Shown: positions 10,306-21,800 of the stretch, piece after piece
Numbering within the stretch: the first letter of the stretch is position 1
How the letters are laid out: each line of letters begins with the position of its first letter
NCBI GenBank assembly: GCA_000165345.1
Contig: CM000436.1
Span: 320,001 to 384,000, forward strand
DNA length: 64,000 nucleotides
Direction: 5' to 3'
Notes under the pieces: generated by a model
The model's input: the letters and a program-made list of their open reading frames with translations, nothing else
Told to the model about the DNA's origin: nothing
Databases searched by the model: none
Program-made: the position numbers and the translations under genes

Positions 10306-13300
10306 ATGAAGAGAAGTAAAAGCTACAGGGACAATGGTCGAAAAAAGTTTGAGAGGAAGACCACTGAAAGAAAGAAAGGTAGGTTTGAGTTAGGTGGCTC
10401 TTCCAATATTGATAAAAAGTTTGGAATCAATTTTCAAAAAATTGGAGTAAATCATAGGGAAATTGGTTATTTATACAATGTTCAAGTATCATCAGAATTA
10501 ATATCTGAATCTGGAACAGCATTTGATGGAATGGAAATTGGAACTCTAGAATCTTCATCAGAACTTATTGAATCTTATAAAGAACGTTCATGTCTTAATT
10601 TATATTTTATTAATAAACAAGGAATGACATTTAAAAGTCCATTCTTCTTTAGACCATATTTTTACTTGGAAGCACAAAAAGCTGTTGATATCCATTGGAT
10701 ATTAACCAATCTTGAACATAAATATAGAGATACTACTATAGAATTTACTAATATAATGAAAGAGGATTTAACTCTTGATAATCACTTAATTGGTGAAAAA
10801 AGAGAGGTTATTAAAGCTTCTTTTGATAATGTTAAGGAACTTGTTTCTATTAGAAATGAAATTCTTGATCATATCAAGAGAAATAAGCTTGAAAAAAAAA
10901 AGAATGAAAGTTTAAGTGCTTATTACGATCAGGATCAACAAAACAACTATGAAAATAAAACTCTTGATGTATTGGATTCTATTTCAGAAATTTACGAATA
11001 TGATGTTCAATATGAAGCACGAGTTATGATTGATAACTCCATTTCTATTGGAATGTGGTATGATTCTGTACGTTGGACTCATGAACTTTTGGAATTAAAA
11101 TGTTTAGATCATGATACTTCTGCTCCTGATTTAAGAAGTTTAGCTTGGGATATTGAAACTACTAAAGATCCTTTAAAGTTCCCTAATGTAGAGAAAGACC
11201 AAATTATGATGATTTCTTGTATGTTTGAAGGTCAAGGATACCTAATTACTAATAGAGAAATTGTTTCTGCTGATATATATGATTTTGAATACTCTCCTAA
11301 AAAGGAGTATGAATCATTCTTCAAATGTATTAATTATCCTGATGAAAAAGAACTTATTTGGGGATTTATTAAACTTATTCAGACTTTAAGACCTCATATC
11401 ATTGCTTCTTATAATGGAGATAATTTTGATTTTCCTTTTCTATATGAAAGAGCTAAAAAATATGATATCGATGTTTCCAAAGAATGGGGAATACGAATGG
11501 AAATTGATCATTCCTCTGGAGGAGGATTACAATCTTCTAATAAAACTATCTTTTCTGGAACTAATATTATTCATTTAGATTGTTTTAGATGGGTAGAAAG
11601 AGATTCATATCTTCCTTGTGGTTCTAGAGGTTTAAAAAGTGTTACTAAAGCAAAGTTAAGATATAATCCTGTTGAACTTGATCCTGAATTAATGGTTCCT
11701 TATGCAAAAACAAATCCTCAAGGTCTTGCAGAATATTCTGTTTCAGATGCAGTTGCTACTTATTTTCTTTATAAGACTTATGTTCACAGATTTATATTTG
11801 CTTTAGCTACTATAATTCCTTTATCTGGAGAAGATCTTCTTAGAAAAGGGTCTGGTACTCTTTGTGAACATTTATTAATGAAAGAAGCTTTTACTAAGAA
11901 TATTTTATTTCCAAACAAAAAAGTTCAAGAAACTATGGAATTTTATCAAAATAGACCCATCTTAAATAGTACTTATGTTGGAGGTACTGTAGAATCTTTA
12001 TGTAGTGGAGTATTTAGAGCTGATATTCCTGAAAAATTCTGTTTAAATACCGATACCCTTAAACATTTAATTAAAATATTAGATACTACTTTGAATTTTG
12101 GTATTAAAGATTCTGGTACTACAATTGATAATATTGAAAATTATGAACAAGTCAGAAATGAAATTCTTGAAAAATTGCAAAGTTTATTAGAATCTCCCAG
12201 AATTAAAATTGAGCCTTTAATATATCATCTTGATGTTGCTGCTATGTATCCTAATATTATTCTAACTAATAGATTACAACCAACAGCAGTAATAGAAGAG
12301 ACAACTTGTATGAAATGTCCATTCAATTCTGAGTCAAAACTTTGCCAAAGAAGGATGAATTGGAGATGGAAAGGAGATGTTTTTCCAATTTCCAAAGGAG
12401 AGATGGAGAGAATGATTAATCATATCCAAATTGAGACTTTTGAAAATGTTAAGAATGAAATAGGAGCAGTTAACAAGAAAAAGAAATTTGAAGATCATGA
12501 AAGTGATTCAGAAAATGATGATAAGATGGAATTTACTGGAGAAAATGTTAATATTAATAATAAAGAAAAGATTAAATGGTCATCTTTAACTCCTAGACAA
12601 CAATCCGAGATTTTAATACAAAGAATGAAAGCTTATTGTAATAAGATATATAGAAAACAAACTGAGAATATTGAAGAGACAAGATCTTCAATAGTTTGTC
12701 AAAGAGAAAATCCTTTTTATATAGATACAGTTAGACGTTTTAGAGATAGAAGATATGTTTATAAAGGTAAGAAAAAAGAAGCAGAAGAAAAGTTAAAGAG
12801 AGCTGAATTATTAGGAGATTTATTAGCAGTACAGGAAGCACAGAATGAAGAGCTTTTATATGAATCTTTACAATTAGCTCATAAATGTATTTTAAATTCT
12901 TTTTATGGCTATGTTATGAGAAAAGGGAGTAGATGGTTTTCTATGGAAATGGCTGCTATTGTTACATGGGTAGGTGGTAATGTGATTAGAGAAGCAAGAT
13001 CTTTAATGGAAGGTATCGGTAGACCTTTAGAATTAGATACCGATGGGATTTGGGCAATACTTCCAAAAGGATTTCCAGAGGAAATCACTTTTAGATTAAA
13101 GGATGGTGGTAAGAAGAAGATTCATTATATTTGTACTTTGTTAAATCAACAAGTTCACAAAAGTTGGACAAATGATCAATATTTGGAATATGATGCAGAT
13201 CTTGGGAAATATAATATTAAAGTAGAGAATTCAATATATTTTGAAGTGGATGGTCCATATAAATGTTTCTTTATTCCAGCTTCTGATAAACAGAATAAGC

Positions 13301-16300
13301 TTTTAAAGAAGAGATATGCAGTTTTTGATTTTGAAAATAGGCTTAAAGAACTTAAAGGGTTTGAATTAAAGAGAAGAGGAGAGCTTCAATTGATAAAAAT
13401 TCTTCAGGAGGAGTTATTTCCAGCATTTTTAAAAGGTAATTCAAAGAAAGAAGCATATGATCATGTAGCTGCAATATCAAAGAAATGGTTAAGTTTGATA
13501 GATACTAAAGGAAGAGGTATTTTAGATGATGAACAATTATTCTTTTTGATTTCAGAGTCAAAGAATATGTCAAAGAGTGTACAACAGATGGGGAATGCTA
13601 AGTCAATGTCAATTACAACAGCAAAGAGACTTTTTGAATTTCTTCAGAATCCTTCATATATTCAGGATAAGAATATTGTTTGTAAGTTTATTGTTTCAGA
13701 GTTCCCTAAAGGAGAAGATAAAAGTCAAAGAGCAGTTCCTCTTTCTATTTTTTCAACACCTTTAGAGACAAGAGTTTCATGGCTTTCTAAATGGCTGAGA
13801 ATAAGTAAATCTGGTGGAAGGAGAGAAAAGGATGAGTTGGTGGAGCACAGGAGGAAAGCAGATGTAGATATAACGAGTGGCAGTGGTGGTGGCAGTGGTA
13901 TTCTTAATAAAGAGAATGAGAATAACAAATGGAATGTTCGTAACATTCTGGACTGGGAGTACTATAAGAACAGGCTTACAAACACTATTTTAAAGATAGT
14001 TATAATTCCTGCAATTAACCAGGGGGTTCCAAATCCTCTTCCAGAATTAGAGGTACCGAGTTGGGTAAGATACCATTCAGAGATAGTTGGTACAAATCAA
14101 CAAAAGATTTCAGAGTACTTTAATGTTGTTAAGAAGGAGGAGAAAAAGAAGAGCAGTTTCTCTGAACTTCCTAATTATAATTCTATTATTCAAGGCCGAA
14201 GTCAAGATCATGGTCAAACTCAAGATCAGGGTCAAACTCAAGATCAGGGCCAAATTCAAGATCAGGGTGTAATTCAAGACCAGGGCCAAAATCGAAATCA
14301 AAACTTAACTTTAGGTCAAGGCCAAATTCAAGATCAGGGTCAAACTCAAGATCAGGGTCAAACTCAAGATCATGGCCAAATTCAAGATCATAGCCAAATT
14401 CAAGATCATGGCCAAACTCAAGATCAGGGTCAAACTCAAGATCAGGGTCAAATTCAAGATCAGGGTCAAATTCAAGATCATGGCCAAACTCAGGCTTGTA
14501 AAATTGTAGAAACCAGAAATAACAACAGTATTTCAAAATTGAATGGAAAACTGACAAAAAAAGAGAGGATTGAATTATTCAAGGAAAAAGGATTTAAATC
14601 CTGGTTAGAGTACCATAAGAAATTTTGGTTGGAGAATTTTCATGCATTTAATGAAAAACAGTCAGAACTTGAAAAGAAGCTAAAAAATATTGATATAGAA
14701 AAACTTGAATATTTTGGAAAAGGTAATACTGCAAAAGGTATCGAATTTTTATCTGAATATATTTTCTTAACGAAAGGAAGATTTCATATTTTAGATATAT
14801 ATCCTCTTAGTATCCAACAAAGGAATATTAAAAGAAATTATGATGAAGATCTACTGGGATTTTATAATGTTGTTATGTACTCTGAAGAAACAGGAGATTG
14901 TTTTACTGTTACATTTGAGTTCCTTAGACGTTTTTATATTGCTACAAATGTTCAAATTCAAATTATGGATAATGATGATGATGGTGAATTTATTACAAAA
15001 TCTATAGCTACAGGGAAAGAGTTACCTAGAGGGGTACCGTATAATCATTTAACAGAAGTAATAATTTCAGAGAGAAGATTTCAGAAATCAAAATCAACAT
15101 TGATTTGTGATAATAATACTGTTGGTATTTATGAGACAAATTTACCACTTGAATTTTCTATTTTAGAAAAATTTGGGAATATCATAGAAAGTAATACTCC
15201 TAATGTTGAGAAATTACTTCTTAAGAATGGAGCAATTACTGATAAATTTTGGAATTCTGCTGGTGGATTAAAAGAGAAGAATTTGAATTATGGAGATATA
15301 ATACATTGGTTATTTCTTTCAATATGTACTTTTGAAGAAAGAAAATGTTTCTCTTTAACAGATTTAAGTAAGAAAAGAATTTACTTCTTTCTTGGATTAG
15401 GACCAACTATTTCTAATAATATTCTTAAATCTGAGCTTCATAGACAAATTCAACAAGATCAAAGATTGGAAAAGATTACTGAAATTCATGTTAATTATTT
15501 TAAGACAACAAAAGATTGTTTAGAAGAATTGGATCGACTTTTGAAAGATTTAATCCAAGAATTTCCAAAAGAACCTATAGTTCTTTTAATACAATCAATG
15601 GTTAGATTAGAAGAACTTAAAACACATAATAGTGAATTAAATCTTTATAAAACTATATTAAGAGAATATATTTCTGAAATGGAACATAATAAGAAAGTTA
15701 TTGAAACTAAAATAGTAACATTATGGGAAGAAATAATAGATTTTGATTCAAGTAATTCAATATTTAGTAGATTTGATTGGCATAAAGATTCGATTAGATA
15801 TTCATTAAAAGCTTTAAAAGAAGCAATTAATAAACTTCAGCTATCATTAGAACTTTCTAAAGCTTTAAGACTTCCAGTATTATATTTACTTCAATTTAAA
15901 AAAAACTTAACAAACTTTTTATATGATATAATATATTCCAGAGAACTTCATTCTATGGGATTATTAAGCTGGGGATCTTTAAGATCCACTCCAGATCTTG
16001 GGAATCCTAAGTTAATCCAACTTTCAAAAAGTGATTGGGATCTTAGAAGACTTGGATATTTAATGCCAACAAAAGATCTTAATAACTCTAAAGGAGGAAG
16101 AGTAGGTGGAGGACATAGTAATTGTAATACTAATAGCTTAGATGAATTGGATGTATTGGAAGTAGTAAGACCAGGAATCTATAGAAACTATGGGGTTCAA
16201 TTGGATTTCAAGCAATGGCTAATAATTGAATCTGTAAGAAATTGTAGGTTACTCTCTGATAAGTACAACTTGGATGACTTTGAACAAGGAGAGAAACGTA

Positions 16301-18492
16301 TTCTTGGAGCTGATTGTAAGAAAAAGAATTCTGAAAAAGATGATAAGAATAAAGATGTTTTGATCTATAATCTAGGTAGTAGAAAGCATTTGAGTAATCC
16401 AAATAATAAACAAGGCTTATTGATTTCTCAGCCTTTATATAACCATTCATCATTATCCACAAGCTCAGCTTTTCTATGTTTAGAGAAAACTATCAATAGA
16501 ATGAGATCAGTAATTGAAAACCATGAAAAAGTGGAGTCTATCTTTAGAATATACAATGCTCAAAAAACTTGTGAGAATGAACAATTTGATCAAATGAATG
16601 ACAATATTCTTGGTAAAGAAGAAGAGAAAGGGGGGAGAGAAGATAGGAAAAGGAGGAGAGAAGAAGAGGAGAAAGGGGAGGAAGAGGAAGGGGAGGAAGA
16701 GGAGGGGGAGGAAGAGGAAGAAGAAGAAGAAACTTCAAGCTTACTTTTTGAGTTTATGGTAACTCTCCAGGAAAGATTCTACTCTTGGTTATCTTCTTCC
16801 AACTCTCTCTTGTATGACCCAGCTTTAATAGAGATGACAAAAGATTATGCTCATTGGTATTTTAAATCTCTTGAATCTGATATGAGAGAAATGGGAATCC
16901 AAGTAGTATATGGAAATATTAGAAAAATGATCTTAACATTTAATTTGGATGAATTGAAGAATAATAGTATTAGGAATAATAGTGATCTCCAAAATCAGTT
17001 TTCTAAACTTATGCAAATATTAAATAACAGAGAACTATATTCTGGTATTTCTTTAGATCCTACTGTAGAGTATAAGGCTATGATTCAAATTGACAGAACA
17101 AATTATATTAGAAGAACCTTGGGAGGAGGAGGATCTGGAAGTTTGGAAGATCCATATGAAATGAATCTAAGTTTATTGAACTACTTTCCAATAAATTCTA
17201 GAAAATACATTGTTGGCGAGATTTCTAACTTTTTGATGGAGCCTCTTAGAGAATTGAGAAACTACTTCAAGAAGAATTCCAATTTATCTCTTAAGGAATC
17301 TTTGCAAATATTGGGAGACATAGTTTTGGAACAATTTGGACCTTTTAGTGAGAATTTTCAAAACTTTTTGCAGGCTATTTCCAATCCAAATACATATATT
17401 GTAAGTAAATATGGAATTCAACAGTTTGATGATCCACTAAATGATATTGGATGGAATGATGATATAATAGGGGAAGGAGAGGAAGTGAAGGAAAAGAGGA
17501 AGATTATTGAAGAGGAGGAAGAGGAGGAGGAGGAAGAAGAAGAAGAAGAAGGAAAAAGAAGGAAGAAAAAGAATGCAAACTCAATATTAGAAGAAAACGA
17601 CGATACCCTATTACTAAAGAGGAATCTAGAAAATCTAGACATTAATAATAATAGAGATGATATTCCTTTTGCTATATACCCAAATTCAATAAAGAAAAAA
17701 GGAAATAGCCATTCATTAAGGATTGAAGCTTCAACAAAAAGAATGGAAGAAAAAGGAATAAGAAAAAGAAGAAATTTCAAAGACTTATTTGAATTCCCTC
17801 CATGTATTGGAAAAGCTTATAATGGAAATAAACCCTCATTAAGCTTGGAATTAATAAAATTATTTATTTATATTTGGGGATTGGATAAATCCTTTTCAAT
17901 AGATGAATCTAAACAGAAACAATATGAACAAATAATTTTTATGGTTTGCCAAGCTGTGGATATTTCAGAGTTTAATCCAATAGTTACAGAGAAATGGACT
18001 AGTCCTTTAATTCCTTATATAATCAAAGACTTTTCTTGTCCAAATTGTTTTGAAATAGAAGATTTTGACTTTACTGGGAATGCAATACAAGATGAAGATG
18101 ATCTTGGATTATCAAGTAATAATTACAATAATATAATTAGACCAAGGTTTACTTGGTATTGTAGTCATTGTAACTTTTCTATTGATAATGAAATTTTAGA
18201 AGAAAAGCTACTTCTTGAATTCTTTGAAAGATTGGAAGTTATTCAATCACAAGATATTCTCTGTTCAAGATGTAACTCCGTTCAAATAGGTTACATGCAA
18301 AAGCATTGCGATGAATGTATGGGAGAATTAACAACAAGACTTGGAAATCATAAAACTTTCCATAATTTCTTTACTCTATTCAACTCGGTTGCTCAATATT
18401 ATTCTGATCTAAATAATGAAGAAGATGAAAATCCACAATTCCAAGGCCTTATTGAATTTAAAAATATGTATGATAATATTTTATACATTTAA
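10306..18492 (+). CDS. POLE: DNA polymerase epsilon catalytic subunit A.
   Basis: The 2728-aa ORF has B-family exonuclease motifs LAWDIETTK and SYNGDNFDFPFLYERA; polymerase motifs HLDVAAMYPNIILTNRLQP, LNSFYGYVMRKGSRWFSMEMA and LELDTDGIW; and C-terminal CysX2Cys zinc modules CPNCFE...CSHCN and CSRCN...HCDEC. Colinear with Pol2/POLE throughout. Confidence 0.95.
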   Translation: MKRSKSYRDNGRKKFERKTTERKKGRFELGGSSNIDKKFGINFQKIGVNHREIGYLYNVQVSSELISESGTAFDGMEIGTLESSSELIESYKERSCLNLYFINKQGMTFKSPFFFRPYFYLEAQKAVDIHWILTNLEHKYRDTTIEFTNIMKEDLTLDNHLIGEKREVIKASFDNVKELVSIRNEILDHIKRNKLEKKKNESLSAYYDQDQQNNYENKTLDVLDSISEIYEYDVQYEARVMIDNSISIGMWYDSVRWTHELLELKCLDHDTSAPDLRSLAWDIETTKDPLKFPNVEKDQIMMISCMFEGQGYLITNREIVSADIYDFEYSPKKEYESFFKCINYPDEKELIWGFIKLIQTLRPHIIASYNGDNFDFPFLYERAKKYDIDVSKEWGIRMEIDHSSGGGLQSSNKTIFSGTNIIHLDCFRWVERDSYLPCGSRGLKSVTKAKLRYNPVELDPELMVPYAKTNPQGLAEYSVSDAVATYFLYKTYVHRFIFALATIIPLSGEDLLRKGSGTLCEHLLMKEAFTKNILFPNKKVQETMEFYQNRPILNSTYVGGTVESLCSGVFRADIPEKFCLNTDTLKHLIKILDTTLNFGIKDSGTTIDNIENYEQVRNEILEKLQSLLESPRIKIEPLIYHLDVAAMYPNIILTNRLQPTAVIEETTCMKCPFNSESKLCQRRMNWRWKGDVFPISKGEMERMINHIQIETFENVKNEIGAVNKKKKFEDHESDSENDDKMEFTGENVNINNKEKIKWSSLTPRQQSEILIQRMKAYCNKIYRKQTENIEETRSSIVCQRENPFYIDTVRRFRDRRYVYKGKKKEAEEKLKRAELLGDLLAVQEAQNEELLYESLQLAHKCILNSFYGYVMRKGSRWFSMEMAAIVTWVGGNVIREARSLMEGIGRPLELDTDGIWAILPKGFPEEITFRLKDGGKKKIHYICTLLNQQVHKSWTNDQYLEYDADLGKYNIKVENSIYFEVDGPYKCFFIPASDKQNKLLKKRYAVFDFENRLKELKGFELKRRGELQLIKILQEELFPAFLKGNSKKEAYDHVAAISKKWLSLIDTKGRGILDDEQLFFLISESKNMSKSVQQMGNAKSMSITTAKRLFEFLQNPSYIQDKNIVCKFIVSEFPKGEDKSQRAVPLSIFSTPLETRVSWLSKWLRISKSGGRREKDELVEHRRKADVDITSGSGGGSGILNKENENNKWNVRNILDWEYYKNRLTNTILKIVIIPAINQGVPNPLPELEVPSWVRYHSEIVGTNQQKISEYFNVVKKEEKKKSSFSELPNYNSIIQGRSQDHGQTQDQGQTQDQGQIQDQGVIQDQGQNRNQNLTLGQGQIQDQGQTQDQGQTQDHGQIQDHSQIQDHGQTQDQGQTQDQGQIQDQGQIQDHGQTQACKIVETRNNNSISKLNGKLTKKERIELFKEKGFKSWLEYHKKFWLENFHAFNEKQSELEKKLKNIDIEKLEYFGKGNTAKGIEFLSEYIFLTKGRFHILDIYPLSIQQRNIKRNYDEDLLGFYNVVMYSEETGDCFTVTFEFLRRFYIATNVQIQIMDNDDDGEFITKSIATGKELPRGVPYNHLTEVIISERRFQKSKSTLICDNNTVGIYETNLPLEFSILEKFGNIIESNTPNVEKLLLKNGAITDKFWNSAGGLKEKNLNYGDIIHWLFLSICTFEERKCFSLTDLSKKRIYFFLGLGPTISNNILKSELHRQIQQDQRLEKITEIHVNYFKTTKDCLEELDRLLKDLIQEFPKEPIVLLIQSMVRLEELKTHNSELNLYKTILREYISEMEHNKKVIETKIVTLWEEIIDFDSSNSIFSRFDWHKDSIRYSLKALKEAINKLQLSLELSKALRLPVLYLLQFKKNLTNFLYDIIYSRELHSMGLLSWGSLRSTPDLGNPKLIQLSKSDWDLRRLGYLMPTKDLNNSKGGRVGGGHSNCNTNSLDELDVLEVVRPGIYRNYGVQLDFKQWLIIESVRNCRLLSDKYNLDDFEQGEKRILGADCKKKNSEKDDKNKDVLIYNLGSRKHLSNPNNKQGLLISQPLYNHSSLSTSSAFLCLEKTINRMRSVIENHEKVESIFRIYNAQKTCENEQFDQMNDNILGKEEEKGGREDRKRRREEEEKGEEEEGEEEEGEEEEEEEETSSLLFEFMVTLQERFYSWLSSSNSLLYDPALIEMTKDYAHWYFKSLESDMREMGIQVVYGNIRKMILTFNLDELKNNSIRNNSDLQNQFSKLMQILNNRELYSGISLDPTVEYKAMIQIDRTNYIRRTLGGGGSGSLEDPYEMNLSLLNYFPINSRKYIVGEISNFLMEPLRELRNYFKKNSNLSLKESLQILGDIVLEQFGPFSENFQNFLQAISNPNTYIVSKYGIQQFDDPLNDIGWNDDIIGEGEEVKEKRKIIEEEEEEEEEEEEEEGKRRKKKNANSILEENDDTLLLKRNLENLDINNNRDDIPFAIYPNSIKKKGNSHSLRIEASTKRMEEKGIRKRRNFKDLFEFPPCIGKAYNGNKPSLSLELIKLFIYIWGLDKSFSIDESKQKQYEQIIFMVCQAVDISEFNPIVTEKWTSPLIPYIIKDFSCPNCFEIEDFDFTGNAIQDEDDLGLSSNNYNNIIRPRFTWYCSHCNFSIDNEILEEKLLLEFFERLEVIQSQDILCSRCNSVQIGYMQKHCDECMGELTTRLGNHKTFHNFFTLFNSVAQYYSDLNNEEDENPQFQGLIEFKNMYDNILYI
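14201..14495. repeat. Near-perfect 18-nt tandem repeat (CAAGATCAGGGTCAAACT)n, about 16 copies, encoding (GQTQDQ)n inside POLE.
   Basis: Direct head-to-tail copies with only a few substitutions sit in the variable linker after the conserved ILDWEYYKNRL block of Pol epsilon. The repeat generates the spurious antisense ORF at 14186-14557. Confidence 0.9.
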
Positions 18493-18650
18493 ATTATGAA
18501 TTTCATAGATAACTAGTTAAAAAAAAAGAAATAGAACGGAATTATTTGTTATATATAACTTACTATAATCTAAATCTATCCTTAAACTACCTATTCTGAC
18601 TTTGTTTTCAATTCGAAGATAAAAACAAATATATAAAAAAACAATTTAAT

Positions 18651-18714
18651 GCATGTGGGTTTGGCGGGCCATTGCGTGTATGAACCTGCATGTAGTGGCG
18701 GTAACATCTTTGCC
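18651..18714. promoter_or_regulatory. GCATG plus E2F-like TTTGGCGGGCC and GTGGCGG motifs in the convergent POLE / SEC24 3'-3' spacer.
   Basis: Read directly. Unusually, the motifs are downstream of both flanking genes. Confidence 0.35.
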
Positions 18715-18831
18715 TAACATTTTCTTTCTCCCATATGATAATAGTAACAATAATAATAATAATAATAATAATATTGATAATATAATTCTCTTTATCTACT
18801 TAGTGTTAGTCTTGTCTTGATTTTTGATAGC

Positions 18832-21800
18832 TTAGGAGTCAACAATTTTGCTTTGCACCAATTTGTGTACGTTGCATAAAAAGTCAACATAAGTAGTTTC
18901 AAATCCATATGCATCTTCAACCAACATAGCCTTGAACTTGGCTTCAATATTCTGAGAAACGGGAGAAACTATAACAACAGGCATATAACAATTCACAGAG
19001 AATCTATCGTTTCTAATTTGTTGTACCACATTTGAGATACGTTTAGAAATACCAATATTGGATTCCATTGTAGGTAAATAGTCCTCAGGTGGAAAAGAAA
19101 GTTTAGTAAAGTTTTCAAAATTGATGGAAGTGACTCCGAAAATTTCTGAAATAACTTTAGAATCAACTTGGGGTCCAAAATAAAGATAGATTTCTTTCCC
19201 ATTTTCTAGGACATAAATTCCATCAGAAAGTATTCTTTCTCCAGAACAAGCAATTGAATGATTGAGCCAATATCTAGATATAATAGGAGCATCAGATGAT
19301 TGGAAGGAGCTAGTATTAGAAGCATTCATTCCCATCATATTATTGGTATTATTTCCAGTATTGATAGATGAATCATTTTGAAAGGTAAGCTGGTAAGGAA
19401 GTCCAACAGATTCAAGCTTTTGCAACTCATTATTAGATTCGGATAAAATAAGAGAATGATGCAAAGGATAGAGTCTTGGGTAAAGAGTTGCTGTAGTGAA
19501 GCTTACTGAAGCATAAAGAAGCTCATATAAACCAACAAGCTGTTCTGATACAGTAAATTCCAAAACAGTATTTAGTGGCATTAACGAAGGATGCTTGAAT
19601 AATGATGAAACATAAATCAAAGTAAGTTTAAGAGAATCAGGAAGAATGAGCTGGCCAGTTGATGATGTATTTGCACAGTGTTCTCTATAAGAAAATAGCA
19701 TATCGATAATTGAATTCAGAGTTTCTTGCTTCCAAGCTGTGAGAATTGAGCTGGAGTTTTTGTTAGTAGAAAATGGAAGACCAGGAACTACTGATGTAGC
19801 TGCAGCTATAGCTCCTGTTGAACTTACAGAAGTAGATCCAGAAGAACCAGAAAAACCTCTTTGACCTTTTGAAACAATATGATGAGCAGCCATTCTAGCA
19901 TATATATTAATAATTGGTTCAATAGAAGCATATCTAAAAGCTGTGGTAATACTAGTAGTAACTGGAATAGATATGGTAAGCACTCTCAACAGTCTTTGTC
20001 GTTTATCTTTGCATGTATATAAGCAAGCAGCTTGTAGAAAGACATTTTTTCTTTGTTCCAAATTCTCCTCATGACGAAGTAGAAATGCTATTGCAGTATT
20101 ACTATCCAACTTGGGAATTTGAAAGGCTGAAAGGTCAGGAGTCGGACCACCAGCAGTCCATGGTGCATAAATCTTAGAAACTGCAATTCCTCTAGAGCAA
20201 CGCAGTTTAAATGTACAATCATAGGCCACATTTTGCACAAAGAATATACTATATAAAGTTTGATAAATATCTCTGTAAATCTTCTCAAAAGGAAATTCTG
20301 TAAATAAACGTAATTTACCACCAGTGTGTTGAGATAAATATGCAAATGTACTTGTAGGTACAGAGTTGGCGCCAAAAGCCGACCCCGCATTTGCATTTGG
20401 ACTAGTAAGACCTTGACCTTGCTCTCCTGTTGAATAATCTCCTTGAATAATTTTTGTTACAATAAATGTGTCAAGGGAGACATTGATTTCTCTGCAAGCT
20501 TGAACCATTGTATCTAGCTGTTGAATATTATGTACCAAATATCCAGAAACAAATCCTAATGATGGTTTCATTCCTTTAGAAGTTTTTCGAGGTGGGGACT
20601 TGGGAGCCACATTGGTTTCCTTTGTGTTAATGGCAGCAAATCCAATATTTGGTACTGAACTGACAAAGGAAAAGATAGAACCGGTCGAATTTCTTGCTTT
20701 AAAAATTTGAGTAGCAAGAGAAACTGCTGAAAAGTATGCATTATGTGGAGTTGAGTGAGGGGCTATGAGAGATGGAATACGATCAATGAGTTCATGGAGA
20801 AATTCCAATCCTTGTGCAACTGGGACACAAAGCTCAGATAAAGGACAAGGTAGGAATGGCTCCATTATGTCTGATACTACGCACATTTTGATTGGAGGTT
20901 TAGAGTTTTCATTCAAATTCTGATATGGGAATAAAAGGATTTCTCTTGAATAAAGTATAAGAGTAACATTAGATTCTGGTGAACTTTGGGCCAGTTGAGT
21001 AAAAATATGTTTAAGACAATAAAGGATAAGATTTGTAACATTTCCTTGTAATGCCATAGAAGAAGCTTCAATTACAAAGCAGTAGCAGGGTAGTTCTGGG
21101 GTAGTTGTAACACCAAGACTAGCTGGGGCAAAGTAGTCTACAACTCCATGATATATTTCAGGATAGTTATTTTGATCATCATTTGGAGATTGATAGCTTT
21201 GTGTCTTGATTTGTGATTGTAGTAATCTTAAGTAGTCCATGGGAATATCAAATGTATGCCCACAAAAGTTACAAAGACACTGACTACCATTTTGAGAAAC
21301 GCATGTAAATGGATTTGCATATGCTCTACATCTAAGACACCTGATTGGCTCTATAGTAGAGGAGGAGTTTACAATAGGTACCGGATTTTCAAAATCATTC
21401 AATAGAGGGAAAGGTTGAATAATTGCTGCACATGGAAGTTTCATAGATTGCAAAATTGAGTGTTGACTTGGAATTTGGTTTAAAGTTAACTTATAAAACT
21501 TTCCTGTTGCATTACCTCTATCTATCAACATCGAATGAGGTTCGGCCAAGGAATTTGGCGGAAGTAAATACTTGTCACTCTCATAGATACAACAATCCTT
21601 ATCAATTATGTTTCCAAACACTGGCCTTGGTATCTGGGATGGATCCACTCTAGATTGTACTGGTTTAGTTAAAGATGTTACAAGATTTGTTGAATTTTCG
21701 GCCAAATGTTGTTGTTGTTGTTGTTGTTGTTGATATTGCTGTTGTTGAGTCTGCAAATTTGTCTGATACTGACCCTGATGGAACTGTGTGGAAGAACCAG

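Noticed and set aside
14087-14557. Small ORFs on both strands over the POLE GQTQDQ repeat, including a DLEFDPDLEF antisense ORF.
   Set aside because: Antisense and frameshift readings of the 18-nt tandem repeat inside a clearly conserved polymerase.
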